DNA from: an uncultured Eubacteriales bacterium
Lineage (GTDB): Bacteria > Bacillota_I > Bacilli_A > RF39 > UBA660
Assembly (NCBI GenBank): GCA_963536495.1
Contig: CAUTAF010000008.1
Coordinates: 4,627-68,626 of the forward strand
Length of the DNA stretch: 64,000 bases
Direction: 5' to 3'
Below the pieces are notes generated by a model. That model had not been told where the DNA came from, made no database searches, and worked only from the letters and a program-made list of their open reading frames with translations. Position numbers and translations under genes: made by a program. Within the stretch, counting starts at the first letter, position 1. Each line of letters starts with the position of its first letter. This document shows positions 63,434 to 64,000 of this stretch, piece by piece.

Positions 63434-63784
63434 TTATATAATTGTTTTCATCAAAAACCATATAAAACAAATAACTCCATAAATACTTAGTCCAAACAAT
63501 ATAATTATGAAAAACATTAAGATTTTGACAAGTATATTCATAACCTTATTATTCGATAGTATTCTATAAATCTCTATAAAAATATTATAATCAGAATTTT
63601 CATAATCAACCGATATATTATTATAGTCATTATTTACAGTTTTCTTTAAGGCTTGTTCTAAGAATAAATTATTCCCATTTTCTATATTTTCACTTTCTTT
63701 AAATAAATTCAATTTTTGAAATTCTATATATAAAAGATTTCTCATTCTATTGCCCTTATTTATCCTTTTTTTTAATTTCTTCAA
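63434..63784 (-). CDS. C-terminally anchored hypothetical protein
   Basis: 116 aa with a C-terminal TM (LVKILMFFIIILFGLSIYGVICFIWFLM). Confidence 0.55.
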   Translation of the reverse strand: MKKLKKRINKGNRMRNLLYIEFQKLNLFKESENIENGNNLFLEQALKKTVNNDYNNISVDYENSDYNIFIEIYRILSNNKVMNILVKILMFFIIILFGLSIYGVICFIWFLMKTII

Positions 63785-63914
63785 CTAACCAATCTAAAAT
63801 TTCTATTTGACTTTTTTTCTTATTTAAGTCTTCTTTATCTGTAAAACTTGAACTATATTCTAATTCTACTTGTTTATTTTCTATCATCAATAATAATTCT
63901 TCAATATCTATCAT
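63756..63914 (-). CDS. 52-aa ORF
   Basis: MIDIEELLLMIENKQVELEYSSSFTDKEDLNKKKSQIEILDWLVEEIKKKDK. It overlaps the next start by 29 nt and is below the track cut-off. Confidence 0.3.
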   Translation of the reverse strand: MIDIEELLLMIENKQVELEYSSSFTDKEDLNKKKSQIEILDWLVEEIKKKDK

Positions 63915-63943
63915 ATTTATTCACCTTATTTATTAATTTTTTA

Positions 63944-64000
63944 TTATTTTTCATTATCTTCATTCAAAAATTTTTTAAATTCCTTGATTTTATCAGATTT
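63944..64000 (-). CDS. 3' end of a further family F-like gene (N-terminus beyond window)
   Basis: The open frame ends ..KSDKIKEFKKFLNEDNEK*, which resembles the family F tail IKMMKEFLNK. Confidence 0.35.
   Translation of the reverse strand, partial: KSDKIKEFKKFLNEDNEK

Overview
The window is a very AT-rich 64-kb segment in which all but three credible genes lie on the minus strand. The genes are packed into operons, and most operons are preceded by a near-identical consensus promoter (TTGACA-17-TGGTATAATATA read on the minus strand). The content looks like a large mobile element: a conjugative plasmid or ICE carrying some phage-type cargo, from a low-GC diderm. Fusobacterium-like is my inference from composition plus VirB8/9/10, with no database check.

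Recognisable parts:
- A type IV secretion block at 42.5-61.4 kb: VirB8/TrbF, VirB9, VirB10, a giant 1508-aa VirD4/TraG coupling protein, VirB2-like pilin modules and an NlpC/P60 hydrolase. No VirB4, VirB11 or relaxase is recognisable in the window.
- A TelA / TerD-like / YceG-sized module at 8.4-12.4 kb.
- A flotillin gene.
- An RNase H1-like gene, a dimeric-dUTPase/MazG-like gene and a YopX-like gene.
- A small ABC-type ATPase with a translationally coupled 48-aa ORF.
- XRE-HTH regulators.
- A solo TnpB with a putative omega-RNA region.

Most other genes are orphans that fall into at least 10 element-specific paralogue families.

The least explained observations are:
- An array of 10 or more small 2-TM paralogues with a conserved C-terminal tail, wrapped around the T4SS hydrolase (55.8-64 kb).
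- Four VirD4-like paralogues with destroyed P-loops, one fused to an HTH, interleaved with a four-member partner family (4.2-5.8 and 13.7-19.9 kb).
- A roughly 290-nt G/C-enriched structured element between HTH paralogues (27964-28250).
- A shared palindromic site 7 nt upstream of the -35 of three of the cassette promoters.

All family assignments are from motifs read by eye. No searches were run.
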